Assembly (NCBI GenBank): GCA_030704615.1
Contig: CM060734.1
Coordinates: 45,136,001 to 45,200,000, forward strand
DNA: 64,000 bases
Origin: Takakia lepidozioides
Lineage: Eukaryota; Plantae; Bryophyta
Reading direction: 5' to 3'
Position numbers and translations under genes: made by a program. The notes under the pieces were generated by a model that was given only the letters and a program-made list of their open reading frames with translations, searched no databases and was not told where the DNA came from. Below, piece after piece: positions 36,936 to 51,737 of this stretch. Positions within the stretch are counted from its first letter, which is position 1, and each line of letters opens with the position of its first letter.

Positions 36936-39900
36936 TCAACCACCGGCCTTGAGCTTACTTCACTATCGTGAACAAGTTTATTTTCCAGTGATTGCAAGTA
37001 TCTCCATAGCCTCCATCCTACTCACTAACTTGGGTGAGAAAACCTGGATCCTATATAAAGTGTTCATTTGTAAGTATTGTAATTGCCACATCTAGCCGTT
37101 AATTTGAAGTTCGGAAAGAGAGGATCGAGGGGAAACAAATGGACCTATACTTGCTATCATACTAGATTAGTGGTTCCCAAGCATGCTGGACATAACAGAG
37201 GAATGTCAACCTGGGAAAACGGTTCTCTACCGGATCCGGTTATCCCATCTCTTCATATCCTGCAGTTCTTAACAGAGCCTGATATCTGGTTTTTTGACCT
37301 CCGGCAGATCCACACATATATATCCGGGTTCGGCTCCTCCAGGGGGTTTGAGGCTGAATTCAAATATCTGCGCAATACTGTTTTCTTCTTATATTATGCC
37401 AATCAACTTTGCAGTGAGCATTAGACAGTTTAAGCATTGAATAAGGGGCCCAGGTTTGAAAGGGGGTGTGGGGATTATGTAGAGAGTGGTCCAAGAATTA
37501 ACTAGGGCCCACACGGAATGGGAAAAGCCTTGATTAAGGCGCTAAGAAGAGGGTGGGGAGAGGGCCACTCTCATGGATGGTGCAGCAGTGGACCCAGCAG
37601 CCTAGGCTTGGAGAAGTGTACTTGGGGGATAGAAGGGTCCCACCGCTGAGGGCTTCTAGAAGGTCCCACCGCCCTATGAGGGTATATAAAGAGAGCTCAC
37701 TTACTAGTTACTAGTACCTATTATGATCAAGTTATATTTTGAACTATATTCAATTTAAATTTCGTGTGGTTAATGATTGGTTTATATTGGTTATGTTGCC
37801 AATTCATCTGAAATCCTTACAGAATTTGCCACTTACCTTACCTAAACCAGTATTTATCTGGCGGGTATACCAAATTATCCGGGTATACCAGATAATATTA
37901 CCCTCAGTTTATATTTGGATAGTACCGGTCATACCCTGACCTGGTGTGCTCTATAAATGTGAACCCACCTTTATTTTCCATTTGAAAAATAATAATACCC
38001 TGACGGGTAAATGTTTTCTCAAAATTCAAGTTACCCTTGACCTGAGGATAAATAAAATTTCAATACCTACTCAATAACAATTATGATCATGTGTTTAAAG
38101 ACAAATGAAGGGCCAATATTCCAGGAATTTTCTAATTTTCTATTTTCATAAATTTTCGATGACAAAAAACACACTTGTAATTCAGTATCTCCCACATCGC
38201 AGGTCCAAAAAATATGAGACACCTCCATGCACCATTGAGGGCTTTCTAGAGGTACCTATAAAGAACCCTGCCGGAGCTTGGAAGCCTTGCGGTTTGGGAA
38301 ATCTCATTGTGACAAACAAAACAAAACAAACAATTATTTTGATTAATAAATTGATAATGGTAATAGCTAATGAAATATCAAAACTCTTAATATTGAATTT
38401 TTGTGTCTTGTCTATATTCTGTACAATTAAAAATATAGATATATTAATATATTATAATTACATGTCAATAAATTCAAACAAATTTATATTGTGAAAATGC
38501 AATGAATATCAATACTGCTTTGTTTTTGGAAATCTCAAATTTATTCTTTCTTCTTAGATCAGTTTCAATACTGTTAATAGTTAATACACCCCACAAAAAT
38601 TGTTATTTCAGAAAGACAAAACAGGGAAAAAAATTAAAACCCTTACATGCCCCAAGGCTGCCGTAAGGCCTATCACACGAGGATAGTGTTGGAGATACCA
38701 GGTTATCCCCTAAGTGTCAAACCGACCCGTTTTGGGTCGGTTAGGTTTCTTTAACCAGCCATAACTTCCTGTGGTTAAGGCTGATTGGCCTTTTTTTTGG
38801 CTCAATCGACAGATAATCGGGTCCCCCTTCATATGGCATTGACCAATTGGACAATGCCTGAAGGGGTAGGGATCTGGACCAATTGGAAGGGGGCACACTC
38901 AGCTTTTTGAGGCCAATTTGGCCCCCTAACCTGCCCAAGTTGCTGACATGGCAACTGCGGTCAGGTTAGGGTGACTGAAAGATACCCCATAAAGGTTAGG
39001 GCGGCACGCTCCCCCAAACCCCTTGATTGCCCGGCAGGGGCATGGCGCCCGGCGCAGGTCTGGGCATTCCCAGGCCTGGGCCCTAGCCTGAATCGACGGC
39101 GATGGCAGCTCCGGCCGACGCCATGCAGGGCGGGCTGGAGGGAGTGCAGCCGCGATGGCGGCAGAGGTCGGGGCTCGAGAAAAACGCCACCAGGGGTGGG
39201 CCAGACCTAGGGCTGGGGTTTGAGAGGGTTGAGGGTGGAGTGGCCCCCCATGAAAGTGGTAAGCCAGAGGAGCTCCCAAGCCTCGTGCCCTTCTGGGCTA
39301 TGGCTCCAAATATCCTAGGCCTGCAGGCTATAACATAGGTGTGCCATTTGAAGTCTTGGGCAGGGAACCTAAAGATGTGAGGGCAGTTACCGATTGGTCC
39401 CAAATTGTTTTTGGGATCTCATATGGATGTTCATGACACTTCAACCGGAGGGATTAGGAATTGAACGGCTGAATGTTTTTGTATAATTTTAGAAAGAGAG
39501 ATTTTGGCCTGCCCAAAGAAAATGGCATATTTTGACCCCCCAATTTGTCACTACAAAGGAGCCCACTTGAGAACATTTCAGAAAAAACTGAAATTTTATG
39601 AGAATGTGTGTTATCAGGTATGGAACAACATTCTTGAGACTCTCAAACAGAAAAAATTAAAAATGCCCAAATACGAGCAAAAAACTGCTTTTTTTGGCAC
39701 CTAGTTATTAGTGGAGATTTTTTTTTGTCCCCACTCTACACTTCATAATCTTCAGATCTGGCAGTTGGATTTTGGTGAAACTTTTTGTGGTAGGAGGTGG
39801 GGTAGGTGGGAAGTAATTCCAACGGTCAGTTTTAAAGGGACACAGAGATTCTTTAGATAATATTTTTTTTGTGGGCCAGGGTCATGTTTTTCCAAGAGAG

Positions 39901-42257
39901 GGTGAAAATGAGTTTTGACACAAGGGTTAACCATAGACCGACTCTAGAAGAGCCGAGAGATACCAGATCGGGTCCAAGACATGGAAAAAAAAACTCTTGC
40001 AACAGAGGATGGGGCCATATTGGCGAGGAACGGGTCATTCTAGAGCAAGAACCCCGCGCTGGGAACCCCCTACGAAGAAAAGGCTGATCGCCATTATGCT
40101 TGCTGTAAACTAAGACTCTAGTTTATTAGTTATTGTCTGCAGGACTCTATCTCTGAAAATGCAGCCTTGCCCTGGCTGCCACTTTGATATGTTTCCAGTT
40201 GATGTCCGACTTTCCCAGGAGATGCTGAAGATGAGGGACCAGCTGTGTTGCCATAAATTCCTGTAGGCCAGTCATATGTGCTTGCATCAGAGCATCTGCA
40301 AATGAGTCTGTTCCTACCCCGAGTGTTCCTACCCCGAGTCTCCTGGAATTCGGTGAAGAGAGAAAACTGCCGTTGAGGTCTTCTAGCGATCTCTGCACAC
40401 ATTTTGGCCCACGCAAGTTTGGCAGCTACTGTCAGATCGAAGAAGATCTGAGAAAGAATTGCGGTGGCCGAGGTATTCTGAGTGTCCAACGCCCATTTAC
40501 ACCTCGCTTTCCATAAATGCCAAAGGGTTGCAGTCCTAAGAGTTTCAAATACAGGACAGTCGTAGGCCTTTGCTTTATCAGCCTTTCCCTTTAATAATCG
40601 TCAATAAAAGTAACAAGGGCTTCATCCCCTTTCACCCAAAAAAAACAGCAGCGCAGGAGGATGACACTAACACTCATCAAGAATGAAACCTTCCACCTCA
40701 TCGCCTCCATTACCATCACACCAAAAGACTATTCACCACTGTCTGGCAATCTCGCATTTAGTAGATAAGGGTAAGACAAGGTGGGAGGATTTGGCACCCC
40801 ACACCACCTAAATCCGGAGAAAGTACCATAAGGAGGTAGCATACCTGAATTAAGTTCTTATATTTTTCATATTGTTCTTTACATAACATATATTTTCAAC
40901 CAAAATGAAACATGCGGCTAGTCGCGTATAGCTCCTCTTTGGCTCCTCCCCTCATTCACTGCATTTGACAGGTTTGTCTGGGGCATTTCATATTATATCC
41001 TTTAAAAAATAAAAAGGGAAATATCCCTTTGTTTTCATATCCTTCCTGTTGTGAAAATATCCAGGACATCCAAACATCCAAACTTTAGCTCCCCCACATC
41101 CCACCCTCAGCCACCCTCAGCCAACTCATTTGAGCCTTCCCAAGAACTTGGACGAGAAATGATCACAGTAGCTCTTTGATGAAATATATAAGATTTGGAA
41201 CACATGCCCTGACAAGTCCTTGCAGATTACCCAAAATCAAAGTTGCATGTTGCAGAGATCAAAATCTGATCCTTAAATCATGGTGTCCACAGGCAGCTGT
41301 AGGTAATGAATTGGCAGAGCCCGAAAGGCAGAGCAAGTTGGTCTTCTTCTTTTCCACCATCCCATGCACCATGGATATTCCTGTCGATGGTTAGTAGCTT
41401 CAACTTATTCATAATATTGTCTTGATTGAAGCTGAAAGAGCAATGTGCTCCTAGTAAACCCGTCATCTTCTCCTTGAACTCGGTAGGAAAACCAATATTT
41501 TCTCCAGTGAAGGCAACACCCACATATACACAGCCCCACTAGATTCCTAGGAGACTAATAAAATTTATTATGTACTCTGATAAGTATGTCTGTTCGCAGA
41601 ACCAAAATAAAAAGATCAAAAAATAAAAAAAATTCACCCTCGTCACCATGTCTGGTTTGTAGAACCAAACAATCCTATGGTAGCCAGAAGAGGCTCTTCA
41701 CAATCTAAGATAGCAACTTTTGATGTAAGGCTAATTTTGAAGAAGACTTCAGGAGTCTAGCTGGATCAGCAGCCTCGTTGGGCAGTATCATCTCCCACTG
41801 TTTTCCTCCTCCTTTTGCACAATCTACTCAACAAACACTAAACTATGAGACCTGAAGACTGTTCACTCCCACAAGTTGCTAAGGTTGTCATTGCCAGTTT
41901 TGATGAATGGTGTCACAGATGCTTCCATATCTCACTGACTTAATCCCTCTTTTTATTCCAGCAAGGATTTGCACAGTCCGTCCCAGGCACACATTTACAA
42001 GGCTAGGGCACACCACTGGAACTCCTCCAACATCTGGTCATCACAATAGCCAAACTTGGAATGAGATGGAGCTTGCCTGATGTAGAGATTCCTAGTCAAA
42101 ATGTGCAGCATAACATCCCGGAAACTGCCTTACTTTTTCACAGACATCTGGGCCACTAAAAAACAGATTCTACCAACTTCATTCACTGGAAATGTTGCCT
42201 CAAGGCTTACCGATTCCCTCCTGTCAAAGCCAGTTTCCAGCCTTGCATATGATGCAG

Positions 42258-43800
42258 TTACTCAACTGTTCCACCCGACGGCTCTGCTGGTGTAGCATCA
42301 CCCTGGTCTGAGCTGGCTCCTGTCTCCTCTTTGTAGGCATCACAAAGCATGAGCATGCCCTGCTTGGAGCCATCAATCATGGCTTTGAATTCGAGAAAAT
42401 ACTGGGTCACCTACCAGATTAATGCAATCTAATATTAAAGAAAACGGTGGAAGTGATTGTATCTCAGAGGAAGTCCAGAGACAAGAATGGAGGATTAAGG
42501 AACAGTCAGCAAAATTAGAAATTCAATCACTTGTTTGAGTTTTAGTCATTGCAAACTGTTGGAGACAGTCAGAAAATGCCATGTATACTACACATTTATG
42601 GCTTCAGGTTTTGGACCAGAAGTTAAGCCTTCTGGAGGGGCAGAGGGGAGAAAGCAAATGTACTCATAAGATGCTTTTTGCTGTGGAGCCCATGCCCAGT
42701 TAGAGAGACTGTACTCATAAGACTCTGTTTGCTGTAGCCTTGTGGCCATAGATCCCAGACCCAGTTTGGGCAGAACGAAAGGGAACAGAAACTACCTTTG
42801 TGAGGGCTCACTCTGGTAGTGTGACTTACCTTGATATAGACGATTAGTTAGGGTTTTCCAAAATATCCTCTAGAAAGCCCTTCACACAAGCATCAGCTTG
42901 CTGTTTGTGAGCTGCCCAGCAATTATACCCCAACAGGGCCAGGGCTTTAGGCTCAGCCTCGAGATTTTGAAAGTTCATGAGCAGAGGTGCAGGAACTATG
43001 TCAGTAGATCACTTAGGAGTGATCCCTGTGGAACCCCAGGCTTAAACAACTTCACATTTGTTATCAATGTCATCCCTGGAGCAGGTCATACTGGCAAAGA
43101 GAGGAGAGGTAAGGGAGGTCCTTTCAGCCATTTCAACCAGCAGTAGGTACACAACTCACAATCACCTATTTCAGCCCATGCGGAGGTGGCGGTCTCATGA
43201 CAATAAGCATTCAATCCCAAAAGGAAGGGGCTACTAGAGCTGCAAGGGCTCACATAGAAGCCCTTGGTTTGCAAAAAGTATTCATAGATTCAAAGTAGAG
43301 CTAGTCAAGTCCATGTACGTTCTCATAGTGTCCACTCTCTGTGTTGCCATACTAAGCAGCACTTACAAGTGCTTAAAGAGCCTGAATGAGTACCTTGCTT
43401 GTAGCCATCACCAGCAAGGTGACTGCTCCTTCAGCTGTTCCTCCTTGTCTTCCAGATGAGAAGAGTGGCCAGGGCTTCTAACCTTATAGGGCTGTATGTT
43501 AAGTCTTAGGGAAAACCCTAATGAGTCATCCTGTTTTCTATTTTTTTGTTCTGTTCCAGGTACAAAATCTGAACAGAATAGTGGGGATCAGTCAAGCATC
43601 AATCTGCTCTGTGTGAGCAGCCCAAAAGTTAGACCCCAACAGTGCCAGGGCTTTAGGCTCAGCCTTGAGATTTTGAAAATTGGTGAACAGAGGTGCAAGC
43701 ACCCTGTTCTAGATGTTCCTGAAGAGGAACACTCCCCAGTGAAAATACCCTGAACAATGTATCAGAAAATGGATATTGTCTTCAGGTTGCCTGCATTCAA

Positions 43801-43837
<37 letters not shown>

Positions 43838-45065
43838 CAATGTAACATGCATGTGGGGGACTTGATGTGGAACCTACTGCTTTGGAACCTGCGAGCCGTT
43901 ATACCCCATCCGCTCCATCTACCATTTACTTGTTATTGGTCCAGTAGATTTTAGACATTTGTGTGTCAATGAACCTGAAAGAAGTCTGAACATTTCAAGA
44001 AACAGCCCTACCTCTTCCAAGTTGTGTTCCAACTCTAACACACGGCGTGTCTTCTCACGCAGCTTTCGCTCAGTCTCCTGAAGCCGTGCCTTCAACTCAT
44101 CCCTCTCCTTCTCCACACACTGCACTGTTGCGTTGCTCTGTCCAGGCACCAGCTACATGATCATTAATCAAGCACTTACCATAATAAAGGACTGTATTGT
44201 ATGAGCCTTGTGAACTCATTTGAGACCAAAGATAAAATGAGATAGCCACACATATTTAATTCTCAAAGAGAAAAATCAAGGTACCAGCATGAAGGGGAAG
44301 TCACACAGACTAAAAGGGGAAGGAAACAAGACAACCTGCAGTCTCATAACTTAGCGATTCCATCTAAGAGTATGGACAAACCAATTATATCCTTACTCCA
44401 ACCCACTGACTAACCCCACGAACTTTATTGACTCCCAACAGAGGACACATATGCACTCAGTCTGTGTCAACGCAGGAAGACTCAGCTAGGACTTAGCTTT
44501 AGCATACAGATCATGGAGTACTCCACTTTAGAGAGAAATGAAATGAAATGGTTCTTTATAATGTCCGCGGAAAGCTCATAGAGCTTATGGGACAAAATGG
44601 AAGACAACATCAGAGAAACCAGAGCAAAAGATAAAAACTATTTGCTCGAGTGATTGTCTAAGGGTGAGTGCCTCGTGCAGGTAAGCTGCCAAGCATTTCT
44701 GATCCTCATAGTGGAAGGCTTCTGGAGAGATTGGGTTCCACGAAGAGAGAGAGAATGTAGTCACAAGACGTTGTTTGCCGAGAGAGAGATTGTACTCATA
44801 AGACGTTGTTTGCCGTAGCCTTGTGGCCATTGACCCCACGCCCAGTTTGAGCGGGAACAAAAGGGACAGAACCTACCTCTGTCAGGGGCTGACGTTGGTA
44901 GTAAGACTTACCTCCATATAAAGAATTAATCCGGGTTTTCCAGATATCCTCTAGAAATCCCTTCACGCAAGCATCAATCTGCTGTGTGTGATTTGCCCAA
45001 AAACTAGGCCTCAGGAGGCCCTGGGCTTTTGGCTCAGCCTCGAGACTTTCAAAGTTGGTAAACAG

Positions 45066-45098
<33 letters not shown>

Positions 45099-48000
45099 TG
45101 TGTGTGTGTACTCATAAGACGTTATTTTCCGTAGCCTTGTTGCCATTGACCCCGCGCCCCAGTTTAAATGGAACACAAGGGACAGAAACTACCTTTGTGA
45201 GAGAGAGAATGCACTCACAAGACGTTGTTTGCCATATCCTTGTGGCCAAGAGAGACAGAGAGAGCAAGCGAGAGAGGGAAATAAAATGGTACTCTATAAC
45301 GTCTGCGAAAGCTCAAAGAGCTTATAGGACGAGGAAGAAAGAAACAACAAGAGAGGGGCCACAAACAGCCCAGAAGCAACAAGGGATTGTCTAAGAGCCA
45401 ATGCTTCATGCAGGTCAGCTGCCAAGCACTTCTGATCCTAGTAATGGAAGACCTCTGTGAAAGATTGATTATCCTGGAATAGACAGTTGGATCTCCCATG
45501 GCTCTCATAGTATAAAGGGCAGTGAAACAAGAAATGTTCTTCATTTCCCTTTAGTTCCCAAAGCATGTGGGGGGCATAGTCGGTCTTCATGTTGCAGATT
45601 TTCCCACCTACCAGTATCTATCCACAGTGGGAGCCCACCCTGACCCTACCCAATGCCCTTAAAAGAGAGGGAGATAGGGCTGCAGCGACGTAATTAGGCA
45701 ACAAGATCCTATTGTCACAGAGAACCAAGAATGGAATTGCAGTTTTGCTGTTAGAGTGGCTGGTTTCCATGTCCGCCTGACGTGCACTGCCATAAGTTAT
45801 CTTCCGATGCATTTATTGCGAGAGAGAGAGCCTAAAACTAACACAAGCCCCATTGTAGACTTATAAGCACTCTCAGTCTGCTTTAATGAGATTGTCAATG
45901 ACTATGCTAAAAAGGCATGGCCATTTTAGGGTGAGCTGATGAGCAGGAAATAGTTCACCCTCTTAATTAAGGTCAATTCTACCCTGAACCAGCAACATGT
46001 GTAGATTTAATAGGAGAGAGCCTCCGTACTTCATCAAGGAATTCTTGTTTCTGGTATGTGTCCCGGCGGTCAAGAGCCTCATTCATTGCTGCCTCAGCAG
46101 CCTTCTTGGCAGCTTCAGCCTCAGCTCGAGCTTCTTCCGCAATCCGGAGCGCTGCAACAGCCTGCCACTGGTTCCACTTAATCTTCAAACTGGCACCAGA
46201 TATATAGTTGCGAAACCAGGACAAACCCAGCCATGGCATAAGAACTAACTAAAGCCAGCTATTATCAAACTGTCAGAAACATAAATACTTAAAACCATTG
46301 GTCTTGTCCCCTTTTTCACAGAAGAAATGGTACATCATAAACAGTGAAAGATATTTGTGGTTACGGGAGTAAAACTGGTACTACCTTATTTGATGTGTCT
46401 CAGGTATTGCGTAATGGAAGTGGTTATTCTGTGTTTTACAACCATTCCAGGTGTCCGTGATGTTTACGATCTTCACAGATGCTGCTGATCAGCATGGTGA
46501 AGAGAACCGATGCGTATTGTATTCTGTACATCGGAGTGTGATTACCAACTGTAAGGTCTTGTCAGAAAACTCAATTGTCCTTTGAGCTCGGTGTACTCAG
46601 ATAGCTATACCCTTAATTTCTCATGATGCTTGTGTGAAGGGGTTTGTAGAGGAAATCTAATTGTTTATACCAAGGTAAGTCCCAGTACTGGAGTGAGCCC
46701 CTCACAAAGTTAGTGTCTGTTCCCTCTTGTTCCACCCAAACTGGGCGTGGGGTCTATGGCCACAAGGCTATGACATACATCTTTCTCTTTGTTCCATGGA
46801 CTTCAAAAGATTTTTTTATCTCTCTCCAACAGCAGCAGTTCTGGAATATTCAGCTCATACATCAAACAGTCAGTTCCAGTGAAGCCGTTTGTGAGCTCTA
46901 AAACAATGTCAGGTTGATCTGACATATCCTGGTGGACTGAGACCCACAACCTTCTCCAAGAGGGTTAGTAACGTTGTGTGCGAGCTGCCCAGCCATCAAA
47001 CCCCAACAGCTTGAGATTTTGGTAAATGGAGGTGCGGGGACCATGTTCTTGATGGTCCCGAAGAGGGTCGGCTCTTTGCTTAGAATACCCTGGGCATTGT
47101 ATCAGAAATGGATTTTGTCTTCAGGCAACCCACACACATGGGTATTGACAATATCCCCCTTTCCTCTCTGTGTCAGTTTATTGTTCAACCCTGAGTTTGA
47201 ATATCAGTCTAGTGCCAAGGGTAGGTAGGCCCTTCAGATCATCCTTAAGGTCCTCACCCATGCCCCAAACTGGAAACAAGTTCAGGGAAGTTTTATGCCT
47301 AACTTTGTTTTGTTCGGAGATTCTTCATGCTTCTGACATTGCCTTAAACGAGAAAGAGAGAGAGAGGCAGCAACACTGACCTGTGCAGCAGCCAAGCCAG
47401 CTGCCATTTCAGCTTCACGGGCCCTCTCATTGCTAGCCCTGGCCCTCTCTTCTGCACTGCTGTAGACATCCCATGTAGCCCCTTCTTCAGCTTCTACAAG
47501 CTCACCTTCAATGCCCATATCATCATCCCTCACAACCAGCCCACCTTCACCCAATGCTTCCAAATTGCTCCGACTCCACTCCTTTGTTTCCTTCTCAAAC
47601 AAGCTTCTCTCATTGCTATCTGCACGCACAACAAATTGAAATTGGTAAGCAAGAATGGGTTATCAGAGGATTCCATTCACAAAGTTTTGGTTGTCTGCCA
47701 AGGTGTACTCAAGAAACTAAAAGGTATCATCTCTAAGGCCTGTTGACCAGTATAGGCTTGAAATGGGTGGGCCACATAACATGAAGGAAAGCTCAACCCT
47801 GGTCATTGAGTATGCCTTGAATAAATAATCAAGGGACAAAGCAACTGACCTGTACAATACTTGAAGCTACCATGCCGTTTCAAACCGTTGTGCTGCACTG
47901 GCTCCCGCCTCCTCACACCGAGACAAGGCCCCACAGTTGCTGCCTCCATCCCAACCCTCTCCCCAGAACTAGAGCTCCCTTCCTCCCCATCTCTTCCACT

Positions 48001-48877
48001 TTCACCCTCCCTTGCGACTCGCAGGCGCCCCAATACATCTGAATCTTCATCTACCAGTACCTGCAGGAGCCAATTGCCTATCAGAGAGAACACATGTAAT
48101 TGCAGTACATTACTTCAGGTCACAAGCCTGTGCCTGTCTTTTTTAGGGCATAAGCCTTACCAAACACCAAGATTTGTTAGACACAAAATAAATATTGGCA
48201 ATACTAAAAACTGATCCTGAATTACACTGCAAGGTGTCATCGGCAAGCACCCATTACAGAACTATGCCGTTGAGGCATCCAGTATTGAGGGCCTTTCATA
48301 CGGAAGATCCCCCCAACATTGGCCCACTTGCAAGGGGACTCCCCAATGATCAGGCAGATCAAAGACGACTGCTTGATTGGGAACTGCATTCCCCAGAAAT
48401 TGAGCCTATGATCCTGCCAGATACAATGCGAAACTCTGCTTTCTCCGTTTGAAGTCAACCTGGGATTAGTGCTAAATGCTGAAGGCACATGGGTGTACAT
48501 AGATCACATGAGGCTAAGGGGGATAACTGGGAAATTTTACTGCAGGAGATCCTCGTCCAGCACTAGACCTAAATTGGTGCAGGACGTAAAAGAAAAACAC
48601 AAACCTGGAGAGCCACAGCTTCAGCAAGCGCTGCCCCTTCTTCATCAAGGCGCTGTTCTTCCTCTTTGCGTCGTTGCTTTTTCTTCTCGAGTTCTGTGCG
48701 AATAGCAGCTGCAGTGGCAAGAGCTTTTTCAAGCCGTCTTTTCTTCTTCTCTGCCTGCTTCAAGCGATCTCTCTCCTCCTTTGCTTGCTTCTTCTTCTCC
48801 TTCCTGGAACTGGCTATGGATGAAAATGGTAATGGCCCTGGGCTCGGCCCGGCTGCTGCACTCTCCACCAATGGCAT
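42258..48877 (-). CDS. Multi-exon plant coiled-coil protein of unknown function (exons approx. 48877-48605, 48060-~47870, ~47621-47381, ~46172-46010, ~44152-44011, 42410-42258)
   Basis: Exon peptides join at GT-AG sites: ...RLDEEGAALAEAVALQ|VLVDED..., ...MAAGLAAAQ|AVAALRIAEEARAEAEAAKK..., ...LEHNLEE|VTQYFLEFK...GGTVE*. The start codon is uncertain. Confidence 0.75.
42700..43000. repeat. Dispersed intronic repeat (probably LINE-derived); other copies at ~43590-43795, ~44760-45240, ~46620-46780 (inverted), ~46950-47135
   Basis: Shared blocks such as cctctagaaa.cccttcac.caagcatca, gggcttt.ggctcagcct.gaga.ttt, and gtagccttgtggccat. Confidence 0.75.
45068..45108. repeat. Compound (AG)n(TG)n microsatellite; other (AG)n tracts at ~31072-31091 and ~43805-43831
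   Basis: Direct reading. Confidence 0.9.
45275..45745 (-). mobile_element. Degenerate LINE 3' fragment (same family as 55759-56490)
   Basis: [30 protein letters not shown]; 3' UTR block resembling 55759-55820. Confidence 0.75.
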
Positions 48878-51737
48878 TTCCTCGTTATCTTTATCTTATA
48901 GATCTGCCCACTAGGGCCCCTCTTAATTTGTCGGCCTCCTTGTATCCACCTCCATCTATTGCATCTCCCTGTTCCACATCCGTCTGTGCATCTGCAAGAT
49001 TTACATCTCTTCAGTAGATTCGTGAAGTGATAGTTTGCTTTTGATTGACACTATCAGAAGATAATCTTACTGAACCCTTCAACCATAGTCCCACTGACCT
49101 GAACGCATAAGCTACAATGGCCCACTTACTTTTCTGACTTATCTTTGTCCTGCATTGAGCCATTAACCTCTCAAGATGCATACAAACTTCTCTAAATTCA
49201 GCTTGAAGGAACTTCGCCTAAACTCTGTTGATTTGCAAACTTTTTCAACTTCAGAGCATATTGTAGACTATAAACCTGAGTGCCAGGATCTACATACTCA
49301 GTTAGCTGTCAATGAGACTAACCTTGCAGCTGCTCCACTCTACAATGACGACTTCGTCACACTCTTACACAGGAATGCGAAGTGTGAGCAGCAATTTCTC
49401 AGCGGCAATTACAGGTTCGTGACTTGGAGAACGTTGCAATACCTACTTTTTCTCGAAGTAGAACTCAAGAGGAAGCAGGAACAACTCCAAAGCGATCATA
49501 TTAGGGCTCGAGCGGCATCGTAAACATCAGGTAAGACAGTTTTGTGAGTTTCGTGAAGGAAGCAAGGAAAACAATGATTCACCAGTCTCTGATCTCCAGT
49601 TTCTTCCTCTCCATCACGCAAGCTCAAAATTTGGTCTTGAAACCCTAGGTTTTCTCACATATCATATAATGATGGTTCCCACCACTTCGAAAAGCATCCA
49701 AGTGGCGGAAAGTGACATTCCCCTGCTTTCAGTTAGAGTGCAACACAAGTAAGCTTTGATCCAAAGGCCACTCATAGATAAGCATACTATGGCAAATAAC
49801 TCGCAACCATTCCAGCGTCGCCTTCTTCGCAGGGCTTCATCGCGCGATTTCCGATTTAGCTATCATGACTTCAACCGTAGCAGTCCTGGCATTTCAATCA
49901 AAGTCATCACGAAGCGTCCACCAATGAGAAGAATCTTGACCAAGGTTCGGAATCCCTCCAAACACGGGAGGCACAAAAAACTAAAACACCACACAGCACA
50001 CAGTAAACCCGCTAAACAAGACTCGCGGATAATCCTTGCTCTCCGTAGTAGTCAGACTAAGAAAATCCAACTTCCAAATTTCCAAAAGGAGTCAAGCCAT
50101 ACGAGGAGTTACTACCTAACTTTTAGAGCCTCGAATTTGCAGATGCAAAAGGCGAGTCTGACAAGATCCAAAATTGGATAACACTTGACTGCACATATAG
50201 CCTAATCGAAACAACTACACTGAGATATCAACAGAAGTTTCTCAAAGAAACTCTCACCATGCCACTCATTAGGCTAGCAGGGGGCCCTCGTCAATCTTGG
50301 CCGGCCATCTTCCACAAATGGACTGCGACGAATTAGACAGAATGGGGCGGCATCTAATTGAGAAGAATAACAACACTTCACACTTCTCCCTCTTGCTCGC
50401 TTTGTCTCAGTCCCCCGCCCCATCACTGCTGGCAGTGGAGCCACTGCTCGCGATTTTGCCTTTTTTTTTAAAATTTATAAGTTTTTTTAAAATTCTGCAT
50501 TAATTCTCAAAAACATTCCCCTCCCTCTCTCCTCTTAAGGCCCCCACGTACATCTTCGATCATCCTTGGAGGCCTAATTCAGAGGCCTAGCATTTCTCAG
50601 CATACTAAAAGAGGCTTACATTATTATATAGATTGAGTTTTTTAAATATTAAAGATTAAAGATTATTTGGGATAATGCATTAAAAGTATCTTGTATTGAA
50701 ATTAATAAAATTAACTGAATGATTCCTCGATTTGGCATTTGTAGGATTCGGGAGCTTTTTAGTGTGGAGCGAGCAAGACTGAGTATTCAATCTTGACTTG
50801 GCGCACCAATTGGAACAGTGAGTATCAACAAACTATTATTATTATTTATTTTATTTATCTTGTTCATTTATCTATTTTTAATTTTTTGATGTTTCTCTCT
50901 TATTCATGCAGGAGAATGAGAGGAAACAAAGAACGGTCGGCATGATGTACCTACTGAAGTCCCACACAGTCACCGCTGGCGAGAGCAAGAGGATCGCAGT
51001 CGTGCTGCTGACGTAAAATGCATGAATGCACGAGGAGCGTCGACTTGGAGGAGAGGAGAGGAGAGGAGCCGCCAAACCTAGTCCTGCCTTGCAAACCAAG
51101 TGTTACCACGGCCATTCACACAGAATGTTGGTGGAGATGCATACCTGAGGCCAGGAAGCCCTCTTATTGTGGGTGGAGCATGGAGACATAGAGGGGAAGA
51201 AGGAAATTTGTTTTGTGTTCACAGGAGGCCTGAATGGCCCAAGAAACAGGGTAGTAACATGAATTGCCACATTTATTGGAGGCAGCTGAAGAAAAGGGGT
51301 GGGTGAGTCCAGCCATTGAGAAAGGAAATCTCTTCCTCGCTTCTTGGTGAGCTCATCTTCTCCATGGGTTAGGAAGCAGAAAAAAAAGCCACAAGTTACT
51401 GCATTGCCAGGAACCTCAGAGGGGAGGGACACCAAACGGGGTCGAATGCTGTCCTTGTGTTCCTTCTGCTAGAGTGCAAATGTGAATACAATTTTGCTCT
51501 GGTCTTGGCGAAAAAAGGAGGGAGTGGCAAGAGTGATCAGCTTGAAATCTTGGCACCACACCCTTGAAATGCTTGTCCTCAGTCGCCAACTCTGACTTAC
51601 TTGCAGTTGGATTTGATCTAATTTCTAATTGAGTATACAATACCTGACTATCTTTCCTGCCCTACCTTTCATTAACTGTGCAAGTGGACAAAAACATTTC
51701 TTTCGATTCAGAAAGAAAGGTCCAGCATGGTGTGCAC

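Noticed and set aside
39549-39560. CACTA terminal repeat (CACTACAAAGG)
   Set aside because: No matching inverted end or 3-bp TSD found.
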